DNA from: Calditrichia bacterium
Lineage (GTDB): Bacteria > Calditrichota > Calditrichia > JAJRVZ01
Direction of reading: 5' to 3'
Assembly: GCA_963796965.1 (NCBI GenBank)
Contig: CAWCNS010000009.1
Location: 585,470-649,469 of the forward strand
DNA: 64,000 nucleotides
A model generated the notes under the pieces. It worked only from the letters and a program-made list of their open reading frames with translations, was not told the DNA's origin and did not search any database. The translations under genes and the position numbers were made by a program. Every line of letters starts with the position of its first letter. Positions within the stretch are counted from its first letter, which is position 1. Positions 50,401 through 58,586 of this stretch are shown here, one piece after another.

Positions 50401-52201
50401 CAAATTCCGGATCCAGCCATCTGATACTGATCCGGGTACAGCCGACACAATTATAATAAATCTGGATAATGTGGGCGCGCCCGATGTCTTATCGATCAGC
50501 CAGTTGGATCAGGAACAGAGCGGGAATATTGATATTAAATATGTCCTCGCCGATGACCAGGGCGATAGGGTCAATCTGATTTGCCAATATTCAGATAATT
50601 CTGGTAGTCAATGGAATCTGGCCTCTGTCTCAGGTACCACAGCAAATATTTCACAGTCTGACTACACAGGTTCGATCATATGGCAATCAAATAACGATCT
50701 GCCCGGTGTGGATAAAACAACGGTTCGATTTAAAATTACCCCAAACGATGGTCATGCCGGAACAGCATTAGCCACCAATGATTTTCATCTGGACAATAAT
50801 CTTCCCCCTTCTATACAGATTGGTCCAATAAATTCACCGCTGTCTGCTAACATTGACCTGCCCATTTCGATCCAGGATTTGGAACAAGACACAATATATA
50901 TAATGGGTAAGTATTCAAAAAAAAACGGGATCTGGAAAAAAATGAAGTTTACAGAGTTACCCCTGCAAAATAAAAATAATTATACGGATACGCTCTACTG
51001 GCAAAGCCTGCATGATTTGGGATACGGAAAACATGAAACGATCCAGATCAATCTATACCCTGCTGATAATGATACGGGAATTAGTGTTCAATCAAATTCA
51101 TTTAATGTATATAATAAAGCCGGCGACTATACAGGCGATTTTAATATTAACTCAGATGACCTTCCAGCTTTTGCTTTGGCCTGGAGACAGCAGGATCTCA
51201 GCAAAGAAATCGGACCTTCGGATCCCGCTACTACTCCAATCCCGTATCTGATACCCCAACCCGATGGAAAGATAGACTTTGAAGATCTGATGGTATTAGT
51301 GCAACAATGGAATTTTTCCTATAAATATCCCAATTATTTCAAAGTTAGTAATAACCAAAGATCCAAAAAGGCCCAGGCTAAAATAAATTTACAAATGGAT
51401 CAAAAAACCACCCTCTTGTTAAATGAACCTATTTTTATTCCAGAAAGAAATGAATCTGTTAGTCTTAAAAGTTCTCATTTAGTCCACCTCATACAATCAG
51501 ATTATGATCAATGGGCTAATAAACTCGGCAATGAGCTTAGTATTAAACTTGATTCATCAGTCTCTATACTTGGCCTGCAAATTGAAATTCAGTATGATGC
51601 CGGCTCCTTTTCTTTTACTGGCCTGGAAAATAAATTTCTCAAGGAGCAAAACGGCCTTACCTTTGAAATTAATGACACAAAAGAGGGGTTTTATTGTCTA
51701 AATACCTTTGTATTAGATGAAAAAAAACCCAACCATTTATCCGGAGAACTTTTACGATTCAAAATTGAAGCCTCAAAGGAGGCTACCTCTTCTATATCCT
51801 ACCAATGGAAGATATACGCGAGTGATGGACGCATTCTTTCAGAGGGTGTAGACATGTTTGATATAGATGTGCATCCAACAAAACCAACCCATTATGCCTT
51901 ATATCAAAACTATCCCAATCCCTTTAATCCGGCAACAACAATACGCTATCAATTACCTGTTGATGGAAAGGTGCGCTTGGATATTTTCAATATTCTTGGA
52001 GAACGCGTCACAGAGATCGTCAATCAAAATCAACCCGCCGGTTATTATAATCAAATCTGGGATATTTCGGAGAATTCTCGAACGGTAGCCAGTGGAATTT
52101 ATTTTGTGAGACTTCTCATTTCAGGTAAGGATGGTTCGCGATATGCAAATCACAAAAAGTCTGATTTTGTTAAAATAGTAGAGATCATAATGGAATGTTA
52201 A
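47402..52201 (+). CDS. giant LVIVD-repeat surface protein B, fragment 2/2: remaining blades, Fn3/Ig-like repeats, dockerin-like pair, cohesin-like domain, T9SS CTD
   Basis: Frame 2 is open from ~47402 (...VRGNYAYIADFDVLRIFNVSDPSNPIE...). ORF-track M at 47609. Dockerin-like GDYTGDFNINSDDLPAFALAW...QPDGKIDFEDLMVLVQQWN. Cohesin-like ILGLQIEIQYDAGSFSFTG. CTD YQNYPNPFNPATTIRYQLPVDGKVRLDIFNILGERV...GIYFVRLLI. Confidence 0.8.
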   Translation, partial: CTVRGNYAYIADFDVLRIFNVSDPSNPIETGALEVSCKQVVISGDYACVSHDYNFDFQIIDVSDPENPQVVGQFDEGYGARGISIAGSNVYLTHGPEGVYVLRETIPPFSALNLTAGGSSPSPWQNNPTFLLNWQNPGDMSGINQAKYKIGTQPPSSNNDFAAYLPGTSPQSITVSQEANQSLYLWLVDNADNENYQNINTVGIRYDASISPPTNFFESHGVVSDTWQNSTRNPTFSWTAPTDLSGIDKYYLYFGSNPGGSVPTDSTSNISFSFSGSEGTSYFRIQMKDNAGNISAWTTAFIFKYDNTVPVNPLQATEVGGASSDVWQADVADPNFTWSGTSDILSGIAKYWIYMGPDLDGEPFIESTTPTFNPGPFTNGTYYLRVMVEDAAGNLSPPKTLFIFKHDAIPPENPTDFSDIVGSENNIWQNTVNDPNFSWNPGNDPLSGIQAYQYYWGKDPNGISDNMVMSPSYNPAPADTGSWYLRISTIDRVSNASAWITAYIFKYDNIAPHVIAASNDTSGYLSFTVSWVNGTDQGGSGIEYYHIRLKENEGEWVDWQVNTSNISALYTGEHGQTYHFEATAIDKAGNVESFSNLTETSTYIDTLTTDMIAPGKPINLLSKGSDPSLWQNFPQFELNWTNPFDENGIAHGYYKLDSPSSSTNDYDGSVGGTPPQTVVINKEGGQNVYLWLEDGRGNVDYHNYDFIECRYDSTLPRGAQASSADTSVTASFLVSWSGATDEGGSGISGRYDIKVRDNQSAWSYWLQDSLCTNAYYLGEQGHTYYFEAAARDDAKNIEVFTRQPECSTYIGTRLAISLSSLSGEQSDDVSFNYTIYNFENNLTSLACEYYSLSDNAWQSATMTGNVTDIQPQDYSGTLVWDSYTDLPGLDCENMRFKVTPLDSKGNGLADSTYFFHLDNNRIPSVHLDPLIGERKNDITVSYYLKDMENDTISLVCEYYNPLSQYWFQATTTGNLSDILNYDGTITWKSYTDLPGTADSIKFRIQPSDTDPGTADTIIINLDNVGAPDVLSISQLDQEQSGNIDIKYVLADDQGDRVNLICQYSDNSGSQWNLASVSGTTANISQSDYTGSIIWQSNNDLPGVDKTTVRFKITPNDGHAGTALATNDFHLDNNLPPSIQIGPINSPLSANIDLPISIQDLEQDTIYIMGKYSKKNGIWKKMKFTELPLQNKNNYTDTLYWQSLHDLGYGKHETIQINLYPADNDTGISVQSNSFNVYNKAGDYTGDFNINSDDLPAFALAWRQQDLSKEIGPSDPATTPIPYLIPQPDGKIDFEDLMVLVQQWNFSYKYPNYFKVSNNQRSKKAQAKINLQMDQKTTLLLNEPIFIPERNESVSLKSSHLVHLIQSDYDQWANKLGNELSIKLDSSVSILGLQIEIQYDAGSFSFTGLENKFLKEQNGLTFEINDTKEGFYCLNTFVLDEKKPNHLSGELLRFKIEASKEATSSISYQWKIYASDGRILSEGVDMFDIDVHPTKPTHYALYQNYPNPFNPATTIRYQLPVDGKVRLDIFNILGERVTEIVNQNQPAGYYNQIWDISENSRTVASGIYFVRLLISGKDGSRYANHKKSDFVKIVEIIMEC

Positions 52202-52460
52202 AAACTCCGAGGCCTTTGTGAAAAGAAAGATGTAGGCCACCTTTAAGATGGTCTACATCTATTCCATATTCCACCTAAAACAGATTAATCAATTTTTAAT
52301 TAGACTCTCCTTCAAGTTTGATTTTATTATCTTTCTTTTTAGATTACCATTATATATTCCATATGCTAATTTTTATTATATTATTTATAAACCCATACGT
52401 CGCCTTATTGAATCATTCGATGCATGGATTGGTTCCCCAGAATTTTTATGGAGCGAAAAC

Positions 52461-53339
52461 ATGATTAGCCAAAAATTCATACAAAAATTGATATATCTAA
52501 TTTTGAATGGAATCATCGCCCCGCTACTTTTTTTATTTTTGAATGGCTGCGAAATTAAAGAAGAAAATGCACAAAGATTACCAAACATCATTTTTATCCT
52601 GGTTGATGATATGCGTTGGGATCAACTGGGCTCAACAGGCCATCCTTTTGCTAAAACGCCCAACATTGATCGAATCGGCAAAGAAGGTGTCACCTTCAAC
52701 AATGCCTTTGTCTGCACACCGCTCTGTTCTCCCAGCCGGGCCAGTTTTCTCACAGGACAATTCCCTCATAAACACCGAATAATTAACAATGATCGCAACG
52801 GCTTATCCTTTATCAGTCATAAGTTAGTTACTTTTCCACAATTATTACGTCGGGTTGGATATAAAACCGCCTTTATTGGCAAGTGGCATATGGGTGATGA
52901 TGATTCCCGTCGTCCCGGGTTTGATCATTGGATTAGTTTTCGTGCTCAGGGAATTTTTATTGATCCGGTTGTAAATACCAATGGTCAACGGAGTCAATAT
53001 ACGGGTTATATGACCGATTTATTAAACCAGTGGTCTGTTGATTTTCTCAATCAAAAACATGATAAACCTTTTCTTTTGTATCTTTCTCACAAAGCCGTTC
53101 ATGCCCCGTTTATACCTGCAGACCGACACAAAAACCAATATACCGATCACTCCTATCTGCCACCAACAAAGAGCATCGATGATCTTAAGGGTAAACCTGC
53201 AATAAACCGTAAACTGCCCCCGGTTGATGTTCTCCAAATTCCAGGGGCTACACCGGAACCCGCTGAACCCCGATATGGACGTGGATCAGCTGAAGAACGA
53301 TATCTATTTGGATCATCATCGCTGTCTCAGTTCTGTTGA
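52461..53339 (+). CDS. sulfatase (arylsulfatase/N-sulfoglucosamine sulfohydrolase family), fragment 1/3; frameshift at G4 ~53244-53247
   Basis: ATG at 52461. Lipoprotein signal ...LFLFLNGC. Sulfatase signature CTPLCSPSRASFLTGQFPHKH (C-x-P-x-R formylglycine motif) and NIIFILVDDMRWDQLG. Confidence 0.8.
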   Translation: MISQKFIQKLIYLILNGIIAPLLFLFLNGCEIKEENAQRLPNIIFILVDDMRWDQLGSTGHPFAKTPNIDRIGKEGVTFNNAFVCTPLCSPSRASFLTGQFPHKHRIINNDRNGLSFISHKLVTFPQLLRRVGYKTAFIGKWHMGDDDSRRPGFDHWISFRAQGIFIDPVVNTNGQRSQYTGYMTDLLNQWSVDFLNQKHDKPFLLYLSHKAVHAPFIPADRHKNQYTDHSYLPPTKSIDDLKGKPAINRKLPPVDVLQIPGATPEPAEPRYGRGSAEERYLFGSSSLSQFC

Positions 53340-53784
53340 TGATGGTATCGGAATGTTATTTGATGTACTGGAACAGAATGGTAAATTGGATAATACCTTG
53401 ATAATATTTGCCAGTGATAATGGTTTTCTATTCGGAGAACATGGGTTGTTCATGAATAAACGAGTGCCATATGAAGAGTCACTTCGGATTCCTCTGCTTA
53501 TGCGTTATCCAAAATTGATAAGGCCGGGAAGTAAAAGTGAACAAATGGTCTTAAATATTGATATTGCACCGACTTTATATGAGCTGGCTGGTGTTAATGC
53601 TCCGATTCCTATTCATGGGAAATCACTTGTTCCGGTCTGGCAGGATCCATCTCTCAAACTCAGATCTGAATTTTTAGCGGAATACTATATTGAAAAAATC
53701 ACACCTCTCTACGCCACCTGGCAGGCTGTCAGGTCAGCTCAAATGGAAATATATCCGCTATCCAGAACTACCAGATATGGATGA
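53224..53784 (+). CDS. sulfatase, fragment 2/3; second frameshift ~53735-53745
   Basis: LHRNPLNPDMDVDQLKNDIYLDHHRCLSSVDDGIGMLFDVLEQNGKLDNTLIIFASDNGF...IPLLMRYPKLIRPG is the conserved sulfatase middle region. Confidence 0.75.
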   Translation: MMFSKFQGLHRNPLNPDMDVDQLKNDIYLDHHRCLSSVDDGIGMLFDVLEQNGKLDNTLIIFASDNGFLFGEHGLFMNKRVPYEESLRIPLLMRYPKLIRPGSKSEQMVLNIDIAPTLYELAGVNAPIPIHGKSLVPVWQDPSLKLRSEFLAEYYIEKITPLYATWQAVRSAQMEIYPLSRTTRYG

Positions 53785-53914
53785 GCTTTATAATCTTGAA
53801 AACGACCCCGGGGAATTGAAGAACCTCTTCCATTCTCCAAAACATCAATCCAGGATAGGGCAAATGCAGTCGAAGCTAAGGCAATTGTTAGAAAATTCTC
53901 AGGGTGTTTATTAA
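53690..53914 (+). CDS. sulfatase, fragment 3/3 (C-terminal)
   Basis: KWKYIRYPELPDMDELYNLENDPGELKNLF is the typical sulfatase C-terminal motif. Confidence 0.7.
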   Translation: MKKSHLSTPPGRLSGQLKWKYIRYPELPDMDELYNLENDPGELKNLFHSPKHQSRIGQMQSKLRQLLENSQGVY

Positions 53915-53960
53915 AAATTGTATATTATAGTTCATGTCAAAAAACAAAATCAAGATGTAT

Positions 53961-53977
53961 CACGATGTGACACGAAG
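53961..53977. promoter_or_regulatory. two CACGATG/CACGAAG heptamers 10 bp apart upstream of the GH109-like gene
   Basis: cacgatgtga cacgaagatt, ~85 bp upstream of the start at 54059. Confidence 0.4.
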
Positions 53978-54058
53978 ATTAATACAGATTTTCTATTATA
54001 AAGTAATCGAACCAACAATAAACCAGCTAATGTCATCCAATTCCGGGAGATAAATTCA

Positions 54059-55330
54059 ATGAGATCCAAAAAAATAAATCAAACAAATGAATCAAGAACC
54101 ACACGCCGACATTTTATTAAAATTGGTAGTACGGCGGTGGCTGGAATTGCATTGGCAGGTAACAGGTTATTTCCAGCAGACACCTCCCCCAAAAAGATTC
54201 GCATCGGGATTGTAGGGGGAAGATTCGGAGCCAGTTTTCAATGGCACGAGCATCCCGACTGCATTGTAGAAGCGGTGAGTGATTTGCGGCCTGAGCGCCG
54301 AAAGCATCTAATGGAAACCTATAATTGCAGTAAATCTTATCCAAGTCTGGAGGAATTGGTTAAGGATAAAAATATTGATGCTGTAGGTGTCTTCACTGAG
54401 GGACCAAATCATGCCAAACATGTGATCGAATGTATAAAACATGGCAAACATGTGATTTCCGCGGTTCCTGCTTGCGCAGGTGGTGGCGTGGAAGAAGCTG
54501 AAGAAATGTTTGATGTTGTAATAAAAAGCGGTCTAACTTATATGATGGCCGAAACCAGTTATTACCAACAATTTACAATTTCTGCCCGTAAGTTTTATCA
54601 ACAAAAAAAGTATGGGAATCTATATTACTGTGAATCGGAATATCAGCATTCTGGACTTGAGGTGCTCTTTTTTGAAGACGGTAAACGCACATGGCGACAT
54701 GGCTTTCCTCCCATGCTCTACCCTACACATTGTACTGCTCATTTGATTAGTGTCAGTGGTGAACGTTTAACCGAAGTTGTTTGTCATGGATGGGGTGACG
54801 ACAATGAAATATTAAAGGATAATGTTTATAATAATCCCTTCTGGAATGAGTCGGCGATGTTTAAAACTAATCGAGGCAATGCCTTTCGGGTAAATATCTG
54901 GTGGAAGGGCGCTCACCGCGGTGGTGAACGGGCGGAGTGGATTGGCGATAAAATGAGTTTTTATGCCTATCATCCAAATGGTCTTGGACCGGTGATTGTC
55001 CGACCAGATAATGACCGGATGGAAAAGGATGATGCCGGATTTGAACGCTTTCTTCCCGCATTAGAAAATTATAAACAACCGGAATGGTGGAAAACGGATC
55101 TATTGCCCGAACCATTAAGACATAACTCCGGTCACCACGGATCCCATACTTTTCTGACGAACGAGTTTATTGATGCCCTTGTTCATGACAGACGGCCAAC
55201 TATTGATATAAATGAAGTTATGGCTTATACAGTTCCGGGAATCATTGCTCATGAATCAGTCTTTGCAGGGCGGGGTATATATGCAGATCCCTCAATTAAG
55301 CTAATTACAAAAAATTTATCTCACGCAGAG
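54059..55330 (+). CDS. TAT-exported Gfo/Idh/MocA-family NAD-dependent oxidoreductase (GH109-like); 3' end uncertain because no in-frame stop separates it from the next gene
   Basis: Twin-arginine signal TRRHFIKIGSTAVAGIALA. Rossmann motif KIRIGIVGGRFGASF. Conserved Gfo/Idh/MocA core through ...GIIAHESVFAGRG. After ~55300 the in-frame translation becomes AT-rich junk (ISNFLIIKMYWISLGFD) that runs into the next signal peptide. Confidence 0.65.
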
Positions 55331-55405
55331 CCGCAGCGATTTATAAGAATAAGGATTTCAAATTTTCTAATAATTAAAATGTACTGGATATCTTTAGGAT
55401 TCGAT

Positions 55406-56659
55406 ATGAGAACAATTTTAGTCCTCACTCCATGTATCATTCAATATAGAATTAATTATATTAAAAAAATCATTTCTATACATTCGCCCGCCATTTGGCC
55501 AACCATCAATTCTTTTGTTATAGCAGCCTTCTTTCTATTGCCAATGGTGGCATGTAATCAGCAAAATTCCGTTGAAGATAACTTTAATAACGAACTTTAT
55601 CATCTAAAGAACCTGCAAAGCCGGGCGGCATCAGCGGAAAATCCAACAGCTGAACCTGGTAAGGGTGGTATGACGGCCAATGGATTAAAGGGATCACCGG
55701 CCATTAAAGATTTTAAACACGGCACTACCGAAATTCTGCTGGATCAAATAGGACCGGGAAAGATTCGACATATTTGGTGTACATCAAAGCCACGCAAACC
55801 AGAACATTTGAGAAACCTGATCCTTAGAATGTACTGGGAAGGTAGCAAAATCCCAAGTGTTGAGGTACCACTTAGCGATTTTTTTGGTGTTGCCCATGGT
55901 GCACCTGTGCCGATGTATTCAGCAATGGTTGCAACTCAGGAAGGTAGAGGATTTAACTGCTATTTTCCTATGCCCTTTTCAGATGCAGCTTTAATCACCA
56001 TCTCAAATGATTCGGATACAGATCTAGATTATTTTTTCTATCAGATTGATTTTACACTCGGTGATCCTGTAAGTAAGGAGGATGGACGATTTCATGCCTC
56101 ATTTCGACGCGAAAATCCAACTATTTTAGGCCAGGATTTTACTCTTCTTGATACGGAAGGTGCCCGTGGTATTTACCTTGGTGCCGTGATTGGTGTCCGG
56201 TCCCTGTCCGAAGGTTGGTGGGGTGAAGGTGAGGTAAAAATATTTATTGATGATGATAAAAAATATCCAACGATCTGTGGTACAGGTCTTGAGGATTATA
56301 TTGGTTCGGCATGGGGATTAGATGTTCATAATACACCTTATCAGGGCGCCCCTTTAGTGCATGGCAATTTCTTTTCTATATACCGTTTTCACGTACCCGA
56401 TCCAATCTATTTTCAAAATCGTATAAAGATTACCGTTCAACAAATGGGTAGTACCCATAAAAAAAATGTCCTACCCATATACGGTGATAAATTGATATTT
56501 AGCTCTAAGAATCATCCACGACGGGATCCGGAAGATGGTTATTACCTGCGTTCCGATGACGTCTGTGCTGTTGCCTATTGGTACCAATGGCCATTGATAC
56601 AAAAAAGAAAACCTCTTCCAGATAAGGAAAGGCGAAGAGCTAATTTGATAGGAGATTAG
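55406..56659 (+). CDS. DUF2961 protein (glycoside hydrolase family 172-like), lipoprotein
   Basis: ATG at 55406. Lipobox LLPMVAC. Conserved DUF2961 segments (ILLDQIGPGKIRHIW, YWEGS, GLEDYIGSAWG). Confidence 0.65.
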   Translation: MRTILVLTPCIIQYRINYIKKIISIHSPAIWPTINSFVIAAFFLLPMVACNQQNSVEDNFNNELYHLKNLQSRAASAENPTAEPGKGGMTANGLKGSPAIKDFKHGTTEILLDQIGPGKIRHIWCTSKPRKPEHLRNLILRMYWEGSKIPSVEVPLSDFFGVAHGAPVPMYSAMVATQEGRGFNCYFPMPFSDAALITISNDSDTDLDYFFYQIDFTLGDPVSKEDGRFHASFRRENPTILGQDFTLLDTEGARGIYLGAVIGVRSLSEGWWGEGEVKIFIDDDKKYPTICGTGLEDYIGSAWGLDVHNTPYQGAPLVHGNFFSIYRFHVPDPIYFQNRIKITVQQMGSTHKKNVLPIYGDKLIFSSKNHPRRDPEDGYYLRSDDVCAVAYWYQWPLIQKRKPLPDKERRRANLIGD

Positions 56660-56698
56660 TACTTCCTATGATTTTGTATAATTTAAAATTGTTTTTTA

Positions 56699-56738
56699 TC
56701 TTTGTGTACTTTGTGTTTTCTTTGAGCTCTTTGTGTTT
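56699..56738. promoter_or_regulatory. four 10-bp-phased CTTTGTG-like repeats upstream of the S15 hydrolase gene
   Basis: tctttgtgta ctttgtgttt tctttgagct ctttgtgttt, 75-115 bp upstream of the ATG at 56814. Confidence 0.45.
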
Positions 56739-56813
56739 ATTTTTTCCTTATGACTTTCTGAGGGAATTTATTTTTAAGGTGAACTAATGCGTATTATAAA
56801 TGTGGAGATTACA

Positions 56814-58484
56814 ATGAATCTAAAAATTAAAAGATTGTTTAGTTTTATTCTCCTATTCCTGATGATTCCTGCTTCAGTTGTTTGCCAGGGAAACACGCAA
56901 GAAGCAGATACTGCAACGTTTATTACCCGGCATGAATTTATTACCATGAAGGACGGTGTAAAACTTTCAACAGATATTTATCTTCCCAAAGTAGAAGGAA
57001 AATATCCTGTGATTTTGGTACGCACACCTTATAAAAAAAAGGCGTTGGAAAAAGGAGGCGCTCTTTATACGGCTCAAAATTACGTTTTAATTGCCCAGGA
57101 CTGTCGGGGAAAATTTGAATCGGAGGGAAAATTCTATCCTTTTATCAATGAAAGAGAAGATGGGTTGGCAACCGTAGAATGGATCCGTCAACAACCCTGG
57201 TGTAATGGAAAAATAGGGGGTTGGGGAGGCAGTTATGTGGGCTATACCCAATGGGCCATCGCTGATGTTCTGGATTGTATTACACCGGAATTAACAAGTG
57301 CCAGCATGTATGATTTGATCTATCCCGGTGGTGCATTTTCATTGGCAACAGCATTTAACTGGGGGCTCGTCGTCGATGCCAAAACTGTAAATCATGTAAA
57401 ACCAGAAAAGATTTTGGACAGCTACTGGATATTACCTCTTTCGATTGCCGATGATTCAACCACCAAAGATATTGCCTATATTAATGATTGGCTTGCGCAC
57501 GAGGAATATGATGAATTCTGGCAGGCACAAAATCACCGGCAAACCGCCAAAGCTCCTGTGGTATCGTTAGCCGGTTGGTATGATATTTTTCTCGGACCTC
57601 AGATTGTGGACTTTCAATCATTAGATGAAAACATCCGTAATAAGAGCCGTCTGATTATCGGACCATGGTGCCATGGCAAACAGGCATGGGATAATGATTA
57701 TGGCGGTGGTGCTAAAAAGGGAAATAAAACAAATTGGATGGCCGGATTTTTTAACGAAAATTTAAAGGATAAATCCTTTAATTATGATGACCCTGTCTTC
57801 AAAAACAAAATGTACAATCTTTTTGTCATGGGACGTGATGAATACTATGCGTCTAACAGCTGGCCTCCTAAAGCTGTTGAATTTATCCCCTATTATTTGG
57901 GACCTGAGAATCAACTATCACTAAACCTACCTTCCGGGGAAGGTAAAGTTTCCTATACCTATGATCCAGTAGATCCCTTTCCAAATAAGGGCGGGACTTT
58001 TCTTGGTATGAATGTAGGTGCCGCTGTTCAAAACGAAAATTTAACTCGGGGAGACCAATTAGTTTTTGAGACCGATATTCTGGATTCTGAACTCATTCTA
58101 TTGGGACCTCTCGCTGCCACTATATATGTAAGCAGTGATGTACAATCAACCGATTTCTATATTTCCCTGCACGATGTTATGCCCAATGATACGATTATAA
58201 ACATTCAGGAGAGTGGGAAGAAGGTTACTATGGATCCCGGGGTAAATAAAATAGATCTGGATATCTGGGCAACGGGCTATCAGTTAAATCCCGGTCATAA
58301 ACTACGTGTGGTAATTACTTCAAGTCTTTTTCCACGTTACAACCGTAATTTGAACACGGGAGAGCCCATCTTTTCTGCCAAAACGATAAAGAAAGCAAAC
58401 CAAACAATTTACTTTGGTAAACATCCCTCTTCGGTAACCTTACCAATTCTACAATGGAAGGAAGGGGATAAATTTGAGGAGTGA
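56814..58484 (+). CDS. CocE/NonD-family hydrolase (S15 X-Pro dipeptidyl-peptidase-like alpha/beta hydrolase), secreted
   Basis: GGAG RBS before the ATG at 56814. Signal peptide MNLKIKRLFSFILLFLMIPASVVCQ. VRTPYKK and GGWGGSYVGYTQ motifs characteristic of CocE/NonD. Confidence 0.85.
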   Translation: MNLKIKRLFSFILLFLMIPASVVCQGNTQEADTATFITRHEFITMKDGVKLSTDIYLPKVEGKYPVILVRTPYKKKALEKGGALYTAQNYVLIAQDCRGKFESEGKFYPFINEREDGLATVEWIRQQPWCNGKIGGWGGSYVGYTQWAIADVLDCITPELTSASMYDLIYPGGAFSLATAFNWGLVVDAKTVNHVKPEKILDSYWILPLSIADDSTTKDIAYINDWLAHEEYDEFWQAQNHRQTAKAPVVSLAGWYDIFLGPQIVDFQSLDENIRNKSRLIIGPWCHGKQAWDNDYGGGAKKGNKTNWMAGFFNENLKDKSFNYDDPVFKNKMYNLFVMGRDEYYASNSWPPKAVEFIPYYLGPENQLSLNLPSGEGKVSYTYDPVDPFPNKGGTFLGMNVGAAVQNENLTRGDQLVFETDILDSELILLGPLAATIYVSSDVQSTDFYISLHDVMPNDTIINIQESGKKVTMDPGVNKIDLDIWATGYQLNPGHKLRVVITSSLFPRYNRNLNTGEPIFSAKTIKKANQTIYFGKHPSSVTLPILQWKEGDKFEE

Positions 58485-58586
58485 TTTTGTCCACGGATTT
58501 TACGAATTTTCACTAATTAATAAAATCTGACTTTTTGTTAATTAAGTATGGGAATTCGTGTTAATTAGTGTAAGTCGTGGACAATA

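Noticed and set aside
39036-52201. Highly periodic DNA in the 13-kb giant-protein region, which looked CRISPR- or tandem-repeat-like
   Set aside because: The periodicity is about 130-150 bp and is imperfect at the nucleotide level. It is conserved at the protein level as LVIVD blades and Fn3-like units, so these are coding repeats. They are not CRISPR repeat-spacer arrays: there are no identical short direct repeats and no cas genes.
52248-52460. ORF-track start of the sulfatase at 52248, which adds 71 aa to the N-terminus
   Set aside because: The added residues (MVYIYSIFHLKQINQF...) are AT-rich low-complexity translation. The ATG at 52461 is followed by a lipoprotein signal peptide (LFLFLNGC), which is typical of this family. 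The same logic applies elsewhere: 30283 is replaced by 30314 for plsC, 44991 by 45075 for giant protein B, and 56787 by 56814 for the S15 hydrolase.
283-53745. Programmed ribosomal frameshifting or genuine mass pseudogenisation as the explanation for the split genes
   Set aside because: There are too many events, in unrelated housekeeping, secreted and giant genes. Most sit in A/T/G/C homopolymer runs, and there are no slippery-heptamer-plus-pseudoknot signatures. Systematic indel error is the most economical explanation, although only read data can prove it.
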